A DNA stretch of 64,000 nt, from contig CAWIQG010000007.1 of NCBI GenBank assembly GCA_963838215.1, forward strand, positions 8,308-72,307. Direction: 5' to 3'. The notes under the pieces are model-generated. The model had not been told where the DNA came from. It saw only the letters and a list, made by a program, of their open reading frames with translations, and did not search any database. Source of the DNA: an uncultured Bacteroidales bacterium (GTDB taxonomy: Bacteria > Bacteroidota > Bacteroidia > Bacteroidales > VadinHA17). A program made the position numbers and the translations under genes. Within the stretch, counting starts at the first letter, position 1. Each line of letters starts with the position of its first letter. Shown piece after piece: positions 7,137 to 16,864 of the stretch.

Positions 7137-9509
7137 ATGCTAAAAAACTATCTTAAATCAGCCCTGCGGTTTTTGAAGCAAAACAAGGTATTTGCAGGTA
7201 TCAATGCTTTAGGGCTATCAATAGCTCTGACCGCTTCATTTATTATGTTGCTTTATGTTGTCAATGAGTTGAGTTACGATCATTGTCATAAAAACAGAGC
7301 AAGGGTTTTCAAAGCACTCAATTACTGGGTCGATTTTAAAAGAACTGATTCCGGAACACCTTACGTACTCGCTTCTGCATTAAAGGAGGAATTTCCGCAA
7401 ATAGAAAAAGCAATCAGAGCACGTCGTATGATTGGTTTCAAGCTAAAACTCAAAGATGAATTTATAGATGTACCTGATGCTGTCGGAACTGATTCAGAAG
7501 TTTTTGACATTTTCACACTCCCATTAATTTTTGGTAATCCACATCAAGCACTTCTTGAAGATCAAAACTCAATCATCCTCTCCCGGGACTTGTCAGAAAA
7601 GATTTTTCCGGGTCAGAATCCGGTTGGAAAAGAAGTTGTCGCAATGGCAAATAACGAGAACCATGTTTTCATCGTCAATGGAGTCTTTGAAAACATTCCG
7701 GAGAATTCCACTTTCAGAGCTCAGTGTTTCGTAAACAGCAGATGGACACTTGGCCCAATTAACACCTCTTTTAAGGTTTCTAATGCAGACAAGAGTTGGG
7801 ATTATACATTCTGGAATACATGGGTCTTACTTTCAAAAGATTGTAATGCTAAATCACTCGAGAAGCAATTCAGGGCTTTTGAAATTAAAAATATAAGTGA
7901 GAAACCTCCATATAATTATTCTCTTCAGAATTTATCGGACGTCTATTTGCATTCAGATAAGGTTATTAATACTAGAATCACTGGTAGCATAAAGAGTATC
8001 AGGTTATATTCAGCCATAGCATTGCTTATTGTGCTTGTCGCAACCTTTAACTATATTATTTTGTCGATAGCTGTATCTACATACAGAACAAAAGAAATTG
8101 GAATACGAAAAACTTTTTGTGCCAGCAATAAAAAAATTAGGAATCAATTATTGGGTGAATCCATTCTTCTGGCTTTACTTGTTTTGCCAATTGCTCTTGT
8201 TTTAACATGGTTATCCCTTCCTTATGCCGGCAATCTTTTCCAGACTCAGCTTCATATTATCAACTCAAATATAATAATGTACATCCTTGTTTATCTATCC
8301 CTGACATTGCTTATTGGTTTCGTCTCAGGAATATATACCTCATATTATTTATCGGGTTTAAAGGTCATGGATATTTTGCGAAACACTATATATTCCGGGA
8401 AGAGAAAGTTATTTTTCCGTTCTGCACTAATTGTAGTTCAACTGGTTATTTTCTGCTCATTTTTATCGAGTACTCTCATAATCCGCTCACAATATCAATA
8501 TGCACTGAAAAAAGATTTAGGCTATTACAATCATGATATTATTATAATTGATCTGGGTAGGGATTTTAAAGGGTATTCGGCTTATATCAATAGCATTAAA
8601 TCGAATCCTAATGTGATTATGGCTGCAGGAACAATGGAAGGTCTTCCTATGCAGAATTCAGGAACTTTTATTATACCAAATTTTGAGGATAATAGTGTTA
8701 AAGTACAGGTAGAGGGTATGGCTGTGGATTACAATTTTTTGAAAACAATGGGCATTGAAGTAGCCAAAGGCCGTGATTTTTCACAAGAGTTTGGCAGCGA
8801 CCTGACACAATCTGCCATCTTAAATGAAACTGCCGTAAAAAGACTTGGTATAACTGATCCAATAGGAAAACTGGTTGGAAAGAGTGTTATCATTGGCATT
8901 GTAAAAGATTTCAACCTTCATTCCATTCATTCCATTATTCCTCCCCTGCATATACACATGACCGATCGATTTATTGAACAGGTAGCAATACACTACAAAC
9001 CAGGTACTCTTGTCAATATACTCCCCATGCTTAAAGCAGAATGGAAACAAGTTGCTCCGGATAGGCCATTCTCTTACACAACAATAGAAGATCTTATAAA
9101 AGATATTTACTCCAATGAGAAGAACTTAAGTAAAATCATATCCATTTTTGCTCTGTTTACGCTGTTGATTGCCGGGGTCGGATTATTTGGTCTTACCTTG
9201 TTCATAGCAAAAACCAGAACCAAAGAAATTGGTATTAAGAAGGTATTTGGGAGTTCAGGACAGTCAATTATTTATTCTTTTCTACGTGGAAATTTTATAC
9301 TGGTAACGTTAGCCGCTGTCATTTCTGTTCCAACGACTTTATACTTTATGACGAAGTGGCTAAATAACTTTGCATATAAAGTAAGAATTAATGGGTGGAT
9401 ATTTGTGATAGCTTTTGCTGTCGCTGTTATTGTTGTTCTTTTCACTGTTTATTTCCATTCTTACAAAGCATCCCGTCGTAATCCTGTGGAAGCGTTAAGG
9501 TATGAGTGA
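7137..9509 (+). CDS. ABC transporter permease, MacB/FtsX family (duplicated architecture)
   Basis: MLKNYLKSALR..., two R.KEIGI.K motifs, GIVKDFN..S.H, C-terminal NPVEALRYE. Confidence 0.95.
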   Translation: MLKNYLKSALRFLKQNKVFAGINALGLSIALTASFIMLLYVVNELSYDHCHKNRARVFKALNYWVDFKRTDSGTPYVLASALKEEFPQIEKAIRARRMIGFKLKLKDEFIDVPDAVGTDSEVFDIFTLPLIFGNPHQALLEDQNSIILSRDLSEKIFPGQNPVGKEVVAMANNENHVFIVNGVFENIPENSTFRAQCFVNSRWTLGPINTSFKVSNADKSWDYTFWNTWVLLSKDCNAKSLEKQFRAFEIKNISEKPPYNYSLQNLSDVYLHSDKVINTRITGSIKSIRLYSAIALLIVLVATFNYIILSIAVSTYRTKEIGIRKTFCASNKKIRNQLLGESILLALLVLPIALVLTWLSLPYAGNLFQTQLHIINSNIIMYILVYLSLTLLIGFVSGIYTSYYLSGLKVMDILRNTIYSGKRKLFFRSALIVVQLVIFCSFLSSTLIIRSQYQYALKKDLGYYNHDIIIIDLGRDFKGYSAYINSIKSNPNVIMAAGTMEGLPMQNSGTFIIPNFEDNSVKVQVEGMAVDYNFLKTMGIEVAKGRDFSQEFGSDLTQSAILNETAVKRLGITDPIGKLVGKSVIIGIVKDFNLHSIHSIIPPLHIHMTDRFIEQVAIHYKPGTLVNILPMLKAEWKQVAPDRPFSYTTIEDLIKDIYSNEKNLSKIISIFALFTLLIAGVGLFGLTLFIAKTRTKEIGIKKVFGSSGQSIIYSFLRGNFILVTLAAVISVPTTLYFMTKWLNNFAYKVRINGWIFVIAFAVAVIVVLFTVYFHSYKASRRNPVEALRYE

Positions 9510-9577
9510 TTTACAGCTTAAATTAGTCTAAAAAAGCTAGTTGTCATGACTATAATCGGCCAAATCATATTGACAAC

Positions 9578-9610
9578 AAAAAAAAGGTCGGGATTATTCC
9601 CGCCCTCTTT
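9578..9610. terminator. Probable bidirectional terminator
   Basis: A-tract, GGTCGGGA/TCCCGCCC imperfect stem and TCTTT between convergent genes. Confidence 0.55.
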
Positions 9611-9673
9611 AACCTGGTATTACCAATTATATAAACAGATGATTATATTATCAATCGGAATTATATAATCTGG

Positions 9674-10420
9674 TTATTGATTTGCTTTTTTAAACCAAAT
9701 GAACCATGCAGGACTGGAATAACCGGCAGGAACAGCTGTATTACTATTGGCATCTGTCTTTGGAGGAATGGGTACAAGAACATCATTCCCCAACTTCCAG
9801 TTTACAGGAGTCATAACTTTATCTGCTGCTGTTGTTTGCAGTGCTGTTACTATTCTGAGGAGTTCATCAGTGTTTCTTCCGACACTCATCGGGTAAAAAT
9901 AGATTGCCTGAATTATATCATTAGCGTCAATAACAAAAACCCCTCTTACGCTTTTAGTTGAATTTGTTGCTGCATGTATCATACCGTATTTCTTTGATAC
10001 TGATAAATCCTTGTCATCAACAAGCGGAAATTTTATTTTGACCAGACCCCTGTTGTTGAGGTTGATGTTTTCCATGGCTTTTTTCCACTGAACATGTGTA
10101 TCGAGAGCATCTGTAGATACAACTACAAGTTTAACTCCCAGTTTGTCGAATTCGTCCTGCAAATATGCAAGCTCAAGAATCTCTGTTGAACAGACAGGAG
10201 TAAAATCCTGTGGATGACTGAATAAAATTTTCCATTTGTGCCCGAAGTCACCTGGAAAATTAATAGTTCCGTTAGTCGACTCAGCCGTAAAAGAGGGAGC
10301 GGTTTCACCAATCAAGGGAATTCTGAAGTTTCTGTCTTCTTTAGGTTTTGAAGACTGATCCTGCGACCACAATTGTGTCACTGAAAAGGCAACTAAAACA
10401 AACAACAACAACTTTTTCAT
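9674..10420 (-). CDS. Peroxiredoxin (Prx6/1-Cys type) with signal peptide
   Basis: LFSHPQDFTPVCSTE, VRGVFVID, YPMSVGRNTDE..R...ALQ, TPVNW; hydrophobic N-terminus MKKLLLFVLVAFSVTQLWS. Confidence 0.92.
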   Translation of the reverse strand: MKKLLLFVLVAFSVTQLWSQDQSSKPKEDRNFRIPLIGETAPSFTAESTNGTINFPGDFGHKWKILFSHPQDFTPVCSTEILELAYLQDEFDKLGVKLVVVSTDALDTHVQWKKAMENINLNNRGLVKIKFPLVDDKDLSVSKKYGMIHAATNSTKSVRGVFVIDANDIIQAIYFYPMSVGRNTDELLRIVTALQTTAADKVMTPVNWKLGNDVLVPIPPKTDANSNTAVPAGYSSPAWFIWFKKANQ

Positions 10421-10764
10421 AATGATCTGATTTAAAATTAATATTTATATTTTAATTTAGACCAATTAAACATAGCAAAATTAAAATTGTTCAGTATTAG
10501 TTTAATTTTTGCTTTAATATCCAAGATTCCTGACGATTGCACCGTTGATTTCAATTTAAAAACAGAATGAATGATTAAAGACACTAACCATAACTCTAAG
10601 GGTTCTATGAAAAGCGCTGCCCCGGGTTTATGACTTGGTATTGACTGAACAGTTTAATCATAAACAGACAACTTTCAGCTTTATTACTGGAATTTGAAAT
10701 AAAGTCTGACACTATTAAATTGAATGAAAAAAGTTTAATTTTGCGAAAAAATATCAGGTAATTT

Positions 10765-11391
10765 ATGACTCCAAAACAACACTATAATGCTTTATTAGCA
10801 GAAAAAGTAATCAGGGAATTTAATAGCCACAATATCCAGGGATTCTACTTTGAAACAAAGGAGGAAGCTCTAAAAAAAGTCCTTGAGATTATTCCTGAAG
10901 ATAGTGTGGTTTCTTGGGGAGGTTCATCAACGCTAAATGAAATTGGATTAATAGATTCCCTGAAAAAAGGTAAATATAATATCCTGGATCCAAATGCTCA
11001 ACAAGGTAGTGCTGAAAAGAAAATAATTGCTCAACAGGCATTAAACTCAGATTACTACTTAATGAGTGCTAATGCCATTTCTGCCTCCGGAGAACTGGTG
11101 AATATTGATGGTATTGGCAACAGGGTAGCTGCGCTAATTTTTGGCCCAAAAAATGTAATAGTAATAGCAGGATTAAATAAGGTCGAACAAAATTTGGATT
11201 TGGCTATACTTCGTGCAAAAACCAAAGCTGCATCACTTGTCGTTCTGCGTTATAGTAAAAGTGATATATCTTCATTTGAAGAACTATTAAATAAGGCTCA
11301 AGACATCTGCAGTCAGCTTGTAATTACTACTATGTCTACATTTAAAGACAGAATCAGAGTAATTCTTATAGGTGAATGTTTAGGTTTTTAA
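10765..11391 (+). CDS. LUD-domain (lactate utilization LutC/YkgG-like) protein
   Basis: WGGSSTL, SANAIS..GELVNIDG.GNRVAA..FGPK.VIVIAGLNK motifs; -7 motif TAATTTTG at 10736-10743. Confidence 0.85.
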   Translation: MTPKQHYNALLAEKVIREFNSHNIQGFYFETKEEALKKVLEIIPEDSVVSWGGSSTLNEIGLIDSLKKGKYNILDPNAQQGSAEKKIIAQQALNSDYYLMSANAISASGELVNIDGIGNRVAALIFGPKNVIVIAGLNKVEQNLDLAILRAKTKAASLVVLRYSKSDISSFEELLNKAQDICSQLVITTMSTFKDRIRVILIGECLGF

Positions 11392-11594
11392 AATCAGGTC
11401 TTTAAATTGAATAATCAATCCTTTGTTCGGTTCTGTTCTACTTAATTACCGGAAATTGTAAAAAATAAGCTTTTGATTTAATGATATAGACAAACAGCAG
11501 ACTATTATCCATTTTTAACGCACTTACCATGTATAATTGAAGCTCAGTGCAGCTAATCTTCGATCCCCTAAGGTAGTTCACTTAATGCTCGCTG

Positions 11595-11634
11595 ACTCCG
11601 CAGCAAGCAATGGAGAACGCGCTTGCGGGGATTC
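11595..11634. repeat. 40-bp GC-rich hairpin repeat, copy 1
   Basis: ACTCCGCAGCAAGCAATGGAGAACGCGCTTGCGGGGATTC; 37/40 identical to 61850-61889. Confidence 0.9.
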
Positions 11635-11755
11635 ATCTTTAATCAACTCTCCAACATTGAATCTTGCTATCACCACGTTCACAAAAGACGCCGACCAGCA
11701 TCTTTTCAGGTTATAAATATTTATCTTTAGGAGATTACGACAAGAATTTTGCATT

Positions 11756-12868
11756 TTGAATAAAAATCTCAATATTGTTACCCTTAATATCCCGTATCCC
11801 CCCGACTACGGAGGAATGATAGATACTTATTATCGAATTCAAACCCTTCATAATCTGGGAGTACAAATTCATCTGCATTGCTTTGAATATGGCCGTCATC
11901 ACTCAAAAGAACTGGAATCACTCTGCGAATCAATAAATTATTATCCCAGGAGATCAGGTCCTCTTCAGCATTTCACTTTGATGCCATATATAGTTGCAAG
12001 TCGAAAATCCAGAATACTGCTGAATAACCTGTTAAGAAATGATTATCCTGTTCTCTTTGATGGCTTACATTCCACTTATTATATCAACCATCCAGTTCTG
12101 AGCAATCGTATAAAACTGGTTCGGGTCCACAACATTGAGCACAGATATTACCGGAACCTGGTTAAACAGGAACCTCATCTGATCAAAAAAATCTATTTTT
12201 TTACTGAATCATTAAAACTGAAACAATATGAAAAAGTACTTGGTAAAACAGATTATGTTTTACCAATATCATTAGGTGAACATGAGTATTTTGATAATGA
12301 ATATCATAATTCTGTTTTTTTACCTCCCTTTCACCCATATAACAGATCTGAAAGTTTACCGGGGACCGGTGAATATATTTTGTATCACGGAGATTTATCA
12401 ATAAATGAAAATGTTGCGATTTCAGAGTTCCTCATTTCTGATGTGTTTTCCAAAGTCCCATTTCACTGTATTATTGCGGGTAAGAATCCTCCGTCAAAAC
12501 TCACAATTAAAACATCATCATATAAAAACATTAGAATTATCCCTGACCCTGATAACGACGAGATGAACAGGCTGATAAAGGATGCACATATTAATATTCT
12601 TCCGGCTTTGGCATCTGAGGGTTTTAAAATTAAATTATTAATTGCACTTTATGCCGGGAGGCATTGCCTGGTTAACAATATTATGATTAAAGAGAATAAA
12701 TTGGGCAGTCTTTGCAATATTACAGACTCCGGAGAAGATATGGTTAAAAAAATACTACTATTAATGAATCTGCCATTTACCACAGAAATAATGCACAAAC
12801 GGGAAGCAGTTTTATCAGAATACTTTGACAATATCAGAAATGCAAATAGAATACTGGCATTAATATAA
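11756..12868 (+). CDS. GT-B fold glycosyltransferase (GT4-like)
   Basis: IPYPPDYGG, HNIEH.YY, GDLS, IAGKNP, GFKIKLL.AL motifs. Confidence 0.85.
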   Translation: MNKNLNIVTLNIPYPPDYGGMIDTYYRIQTLHNLGVQIHLHCFEYGRHHSKELESLCESINYYPRRSGPLQHFTLMPYIVASRKSRILLNNLLRNDYPVLFDGLHSTYYINHPVLSNRIKLVRVHNIEHRYYRNLVKQEPHLIKKIYFFTESLKLKQYEKVLGKTDYVLPISLGEHEYFDNEYHNSVFLPPFHPYNRSESLPGTGEYILYHGDLSINENVAISEFLISDVFSKVPFHCIIAGKNPPSKLTIKTSSYKNIRIIPDPDNDEMNRLIKDAHINILPALASEGFKIKLLIALYAGRHCLVNNIMIKENKLGSLCNITDSGEDMVKKILLLMNLPFTTEIMHKREAVLSEYFDNIRNANRILALI

Positions 12869-12949
12869 GATCACTTAAGAGATCATAATTGCTACATATT
12901 GGTTGCTGTTTTTAGCATTGCCTAAACAATAAGATGTTAAATGCTAAAA

Positions 12950-13912
12950 TCAGATACTTTTCCCGGCGAGACGTGTCATCCCATAGTACGCGCTTCCAAG
13001 TAATGAACCAGATGATCCGAGATTTGCTCTTTCGATCTTTACTTCTGATCTGCAGTTTTCAAGTGAGTTCGCGAATGCACTTTTTTTAATCATTGAGAAA
13101 TAGCTATCGCGCGCTTCCGACATACCTCCTCCGACTATAATGATTTCAGGTGCAAAAATAGTAATTAGATTAGCCAGACCTATTCCAACCAGTTCAGCAT
13201 TTTCTCTGACAACCTTAACTGCAACAGGGGCATTCTTATAACTCAACTCAAAAATCTCCCTGCAAGTCAGTCTCAATTTTTTCTTATCATGAGCAGTTCC
13301 AATTTCTTCATAATACCTGCGAACAATTGCTGAGGCAGAAGCAAAATGTTCAAATGATCCTCTGATTCCTTTATCGCTGATACCGTTGTCAAAATTAATA
13401 ATCATCTGACCTACTTCCCCACCTGCATTATTAACACCTCTGTAAAGCTTCCCATTGATTATTATTCCACCACCTATACCTGTGCGAAGGGCTACAAAAA
13501 TAATATTATGATAGCCCTTGGCAGCACCAAATATGTGCTCTGCAATTGTCATCATATTTGCATCATTGCCGACATAAGCAGGAAGTCCGGTTTCTTTATT
13601 GACTAGAAAAGCCAAAGGCACATTCGTCCAGTTTTCGATACCCTGATCTGGTCCGAGTACAATTCCGGACTTATGATCAATAAATCCTTTTGCAGAAATA
13701 CCAATACAAATTGGATTAATACTCTCCGGGGCTACTGTTTGTCTTATCTCCCGGATAGCTTCAAGAAGTTTTGAGATAATATAATCCCTCGATTGCTTCT
13801 GATTCAGAGAATAAGATTTTACTGCCAGAATTTCACCTGTTATCTTTACAACAGCTATTTTAAGAGAATATCGTCCAATGTCAGCTCCTATGGCTGTAGC
13901 ATGATTGTACAT
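12950..13912 (-). CDS. ROK family sugar kinase
   Basis: IGADIG, NDAN...AE..FGAA, TGIGGGIIING.LYRG....GGEVG, G.FEHFAS; no N-terminal HTH. Confidence 0.9.
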   Translation of the reverse strand: MYNHATAIGADIGRYSLKIAVVKITGEILAVKSYSLNQKQSRDYIISKLLEAIREIRQTVAPESINPICIGISAKGFIDHKSGIVLGPDQGIENWTNVPLAFLVNKETGLPAYVGNDANMMTIAEHIFGAAKGYHNIIFVALRTGIGGGIIINGKLYRGVNNAGGEVGQMIINFDNGISDKGIRGSFEHFASASAIVRRYYEEIGTAHDKKKLRLTCREIFELSYKNAPVAVKVVRENAELVGIGLANLITIFAPEIIIVGGGMSEARDSYFSMIKKSAFANSLENCRSEVKIERANLGSSGSLLGSAYYGMTRLAGKSI

Positions 13913-14155
13913 TTTTTGTCATTTGTTTGTGTTGTACAAAAATAACTTTAAATAACAATAATTGATTAAATGCAGTGAATTATAAATCAGGTAGCAAGGT
14001 GCGAGATCCATTCAACAAAACACCATTCTACATGCAGCATGCACCTTTCATCTGATCTTTGCCTTTTTAAATATTCTACTCACATAAAATAAATCATGAT
14101 GCTTATCAGTAAATATTTTTGATAACTTTGGCATAAGTTTATTTATGAGACCTTT

Positions 14156-14764
14156 ATGATAGAAAAAATCAGGGAAATATTTAATAATGAAGCATCTGCA
14201 ATTAAAAAAATTCCAATTACAAAAAGTTATGAAGATGCAATCGGAATAATTCACCGGCAGGTTCATGGTAAGAATGGTAAGCTGGTTACCAGTGGGATGG
14301 GAAAAGCGGGTCAGATAGCCCATAATATTGCAACCACTTTCAGTTCCACAGGAACTCCTTCGGTATTTCTTCATCCGAGTGAAGCCCAACACGGCGACCT
14401 GGGAATTCTTCAGGAAAATGATGTTCTGCTGGCAATTTCCAATTCGGGAAAAACCAGGGAGATCATTGAGTTAATTGATCTAAAAGACAACCTCTATCCA
14501 GGAATTCCTGTAATAGTTATAACTGGCAATGAGAATAGTCCACTGGCACAAAAAGCCGATTGTTTTATCTCGACTGGTGCTCCTGCTGAAGTCTGCCCTC
14601 TGGGACTTACTCCAACTACATCCACAACAGTTATGACGGTAATCGGAGATGCACTTGTCGCGCTTATGATGGGTAAAATCGGATTTAATGCAGGAGATTA
14701 CGCAAAAAGGCACCATGGTGGATACCTTGGTATAAAATCGAGGGAAATTTCCGGGAAAGATTAA
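14156..14764 (+). CDS. SIS-domain sugar-phosphate isomerase (KpsF/GutQ-like, no CBS domains)
   Basis: SGMGKAG.IA..IA.TFSSTGTPS.FLHPSEAQHGDLG, SNSGKT, EVCPLGLTPTTST, HHGG.LG. Confidence 0.9.
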   Translation: MIEKIREIFNNEASAIKKIPITKSYEDAIGIIHRQVHGKNGKLVTSGMGKAGQIAHNIATTFSSTGTPSVFLHPSEAQHGDLGILQENDVLLAISNSGKTREIIELIDLKDNLYPGIPVIVITGNENSPLAQKADCFISTGAPAEVCPLGLTPTTSTTVMTVIGDALVALMMGKIGFNAGDYAKRHHGGYLGIKSREISGKD

Positions 14765-14770
14765 CCTGAA

Positions 14771-15247
14771 CTATAATGTGTTGCCTGGTTTGTCACTTTT
14801 AATAGAATCCAGAGTACTCTCGAGAGTTTCCTGAAATTTGTTGGCATTTTCGATCCATTTCAGAATTTTTTCATTTGCCACCGGATATTCCGGAGTCCGC
14901 ATTGACACTGTTCTGTAAGCATAATCCTTTAATTCAGTAACATTCTCCAGAACTTTCATAAAATAAACTCTGAAAAATGAATCAGTAATAAAAAAATATC
15001 TTTTTCTGTCAGATGCAAATGTCTTGTAATCAATTATTTTATTTTGAAGAAGGTAATTCAGGGAATTGCTCACTGAGCTTTTACTGGCCTTAAAATACTT
15101 CACCATCTCATCAAATGTTTTTTCAGGAGGATCAGTCACTGTGAAATAGGCAACAATCCTTCCCTGCATCGGTGTCAGACCGAATTTTTCAAATACTTTA
15201 CCGGTCTCTTCAATAGTTTCGTGATTTTTTTTCTCCTGATTTAACAT
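14771..15247 (-). CDS. GbsR/MarR-family transcriptional regulator
   Basis: IEETGKVFEKFGLTPMQGRI...TFDE.....KASKSSVSNSLNYL winged-HTH pattern. Confidence 0.85.
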   Translation of the reverse strand: MLNQEKKNHETIEETGKVFEKFGLTPMQGRIVAYFTVTDPPEKTFDEMVKYFKASKSSVSNSLNYLLQNKIIDYKTFASDRKRYFFITDSFFRVYFMKVLENVTELKDYAYRTVSMRTPEYPVANEKILKWIENANKFQETLESTLDSIKSDKPGNTL

Positions 15248-15281
15248 GATTCCAAAATTTGTTATTGTTCACTTTAAATGC

Positions 15282-15378
15282 TATGGCTCAACGGCTTAAT
15301 GGCTCAGAGGCTTAACGGTAAAACAAACTGAAGTACACTGCGCTTTTATGCCTTTACGCTGTTACGCCTTTGTGCAGT
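15282..15378. repeat. Octamer micro-repeat arrays in the divergent promoter region
   Basis: ATGGCTCA/ACGGCTTA x4-5 (15282-15320) and YGCCTTTA-like x4 (15340-15378). Confidence 0.7.
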
Positions 15379-15516
15379 AGCGTACAAATTTAAAATAATT
15401 CCTGATCAGTTCTATAACTTTTGAACTAAAAAAACAAATTTATTTTTCCTTGGTTCAGTCATTTAAAAAGATTAGTTTTGAAAACTTCAGGGTAGAATTA
15501 AACAATAATTAAATTT

Positions 15517-16863
15517 ATGACTATGACGACTAACAATTCATCAAACAGTATCAGCAGAAAAGATTATATTTTTTCAATATCCATAATCGGTCTGTTTTTT
15601 TTCATATTCGGATTTGTTACCTGGCTTAACGGGATACTCATTCCTTTCCTCAGGACTGCCTGTGAATTAAATGATTTTGAAGCCTATTTTGTAACTTTTG
15701 CGTTCTATGTCTCTTATCTTGTTATGGCATTGCCATCGTCTGTAGTACTTAAAAAGACAGGTTTTAAAAACGGAATGTCACTTGGATTATGGATAATGGC
15801 AGCAGGTGCGCTTATTTTCATTCCTGCAGCAATGACCAGAACTTTCGGCCTTTTTCTCTTAGGGTTATTTGTTGAAGGAACAGGATTGGCCCTCCTCCAA
15901 ACAGCATCAAACCCATATATAACTATTATAGGTCCCCCTGAAAGTGCAGCTAAGCGAATAAGTATCATGGGGATTGCAAATAAATTTGCCGGTGCAATTG
16001 CCCCTATAATCCTGGCCAGTATTATACTGAAAGATTCAAATGTATTACAGGAAAAACTCTCAAAGGCTGCCGATGCAGTAACACGAGCCAATTTACTCAA
16101 TGAATTATCCGGCAGGGTTATTATGCCTTATATTGTGATGGCAGTAATCCTGGTTCTGCTTGGTCTTTTATTGCGTTTTGCACATCTCCCCGAAGTAGAT
16201 ACTGATGCTGAAGATGAGGCAAGTGGTGAATCAAATGCAAAAAAAACAAGCATCTGGCAGTTTCCCCATCTTCTGCTGGGCGTTGTTGCATTGTTCTTCT
16301 ATGTTGGAGTGGAAGTTATTGCCGGTGACAGTATAATAAGGTATGGTCAGTCAATAGGCATTGCGATGGTTTCTGCAAAATATTTTACTTCGCTTACTTT
16401 ATTGAGCATGATACTCGGGTATCTTATAGGTATTATTTTTATCCCGAAGTACCTCAATCAGGTTACTGCTTTAAAAATTTGTACCATTCTTGGGGTGATT
16501 TTTTCTTTATGTGCCATTCTTTTCCCGGCTCATCTTGTTTTCACAATGTCGTTTATTGACATTATGACATTTAAGCCCATCCAGCTTGTATTGCCCGTAA
16601 CAGTATTGTTTGTCGCACTTCTTGGACTTGCTAACGCTCTTGTTTGGCCTGCAATGTGGCCTTTGGCTCTTAATGGATTGGGAAGATTCACAAAAACCGG
16701 ATCAGCCATGCTTATTATGGCTATAGCCGGAGGTGCAGTAATACCTTTAACTTATGGCAGACTTGCTGTCGCATTTTCAACTCAATCAGCTTATTGGATA
16801 TGCGTCCCGGCATACCTTATTATTATGTTTTATGCGTTTATAGGTCATAAAATAGGGAAATAA
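15517..16863 (+). CDS. Sugar MFS transporter, FucP/GluP (glucose/galactose, NagP-like) family
   Basis: LFFFIFGFVTWLNGILIP, LLQTASNPY...GP.ESAA.R, FFYVGVEV, MAIAGGA; -7 motif TAGTTTTG at 15473-15480. Confidence 0.92.
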   Translation: MTMTTNNSSNSISRKDYIFSISIIGLFFFIFGFVTWLNGILIPFLRTACELNDFEAYFVTFAFYVSYLVMALPSSVVLKKTGFKNGMSLGLWIMAAGALIFIPAAMTRTFGLFLLGLFVEGTGLALLQTASNPYITIIGPPESAAKRISIMGIANKFAGAIAPIILASIILKDSNVLQEKLSKAADAVTRANLLNELSGRVIMPYIVMAVILVLLGLLLRFAHLPEVDTDAEDEASGESNAKKTSIWQFPHLLLGVVALFFYVGVEVIAGDSIIRYGQSIGIAMVSAKYFTSLTLLSMILGYLIGIIFIPKYLNQVTALKICTILGVIFSLCAILFPAHLVFTMSFIDIMTFKPIQLVLPVTVLFVALLGLANALVWPAMWPLALNGLGRFTKTGSAMLIMAIAGGAVIPLTYGRLAVAFSTQSAYWICVPAYLIIMFYAFIGHKIGK

Positions 16864-16864
16864 T

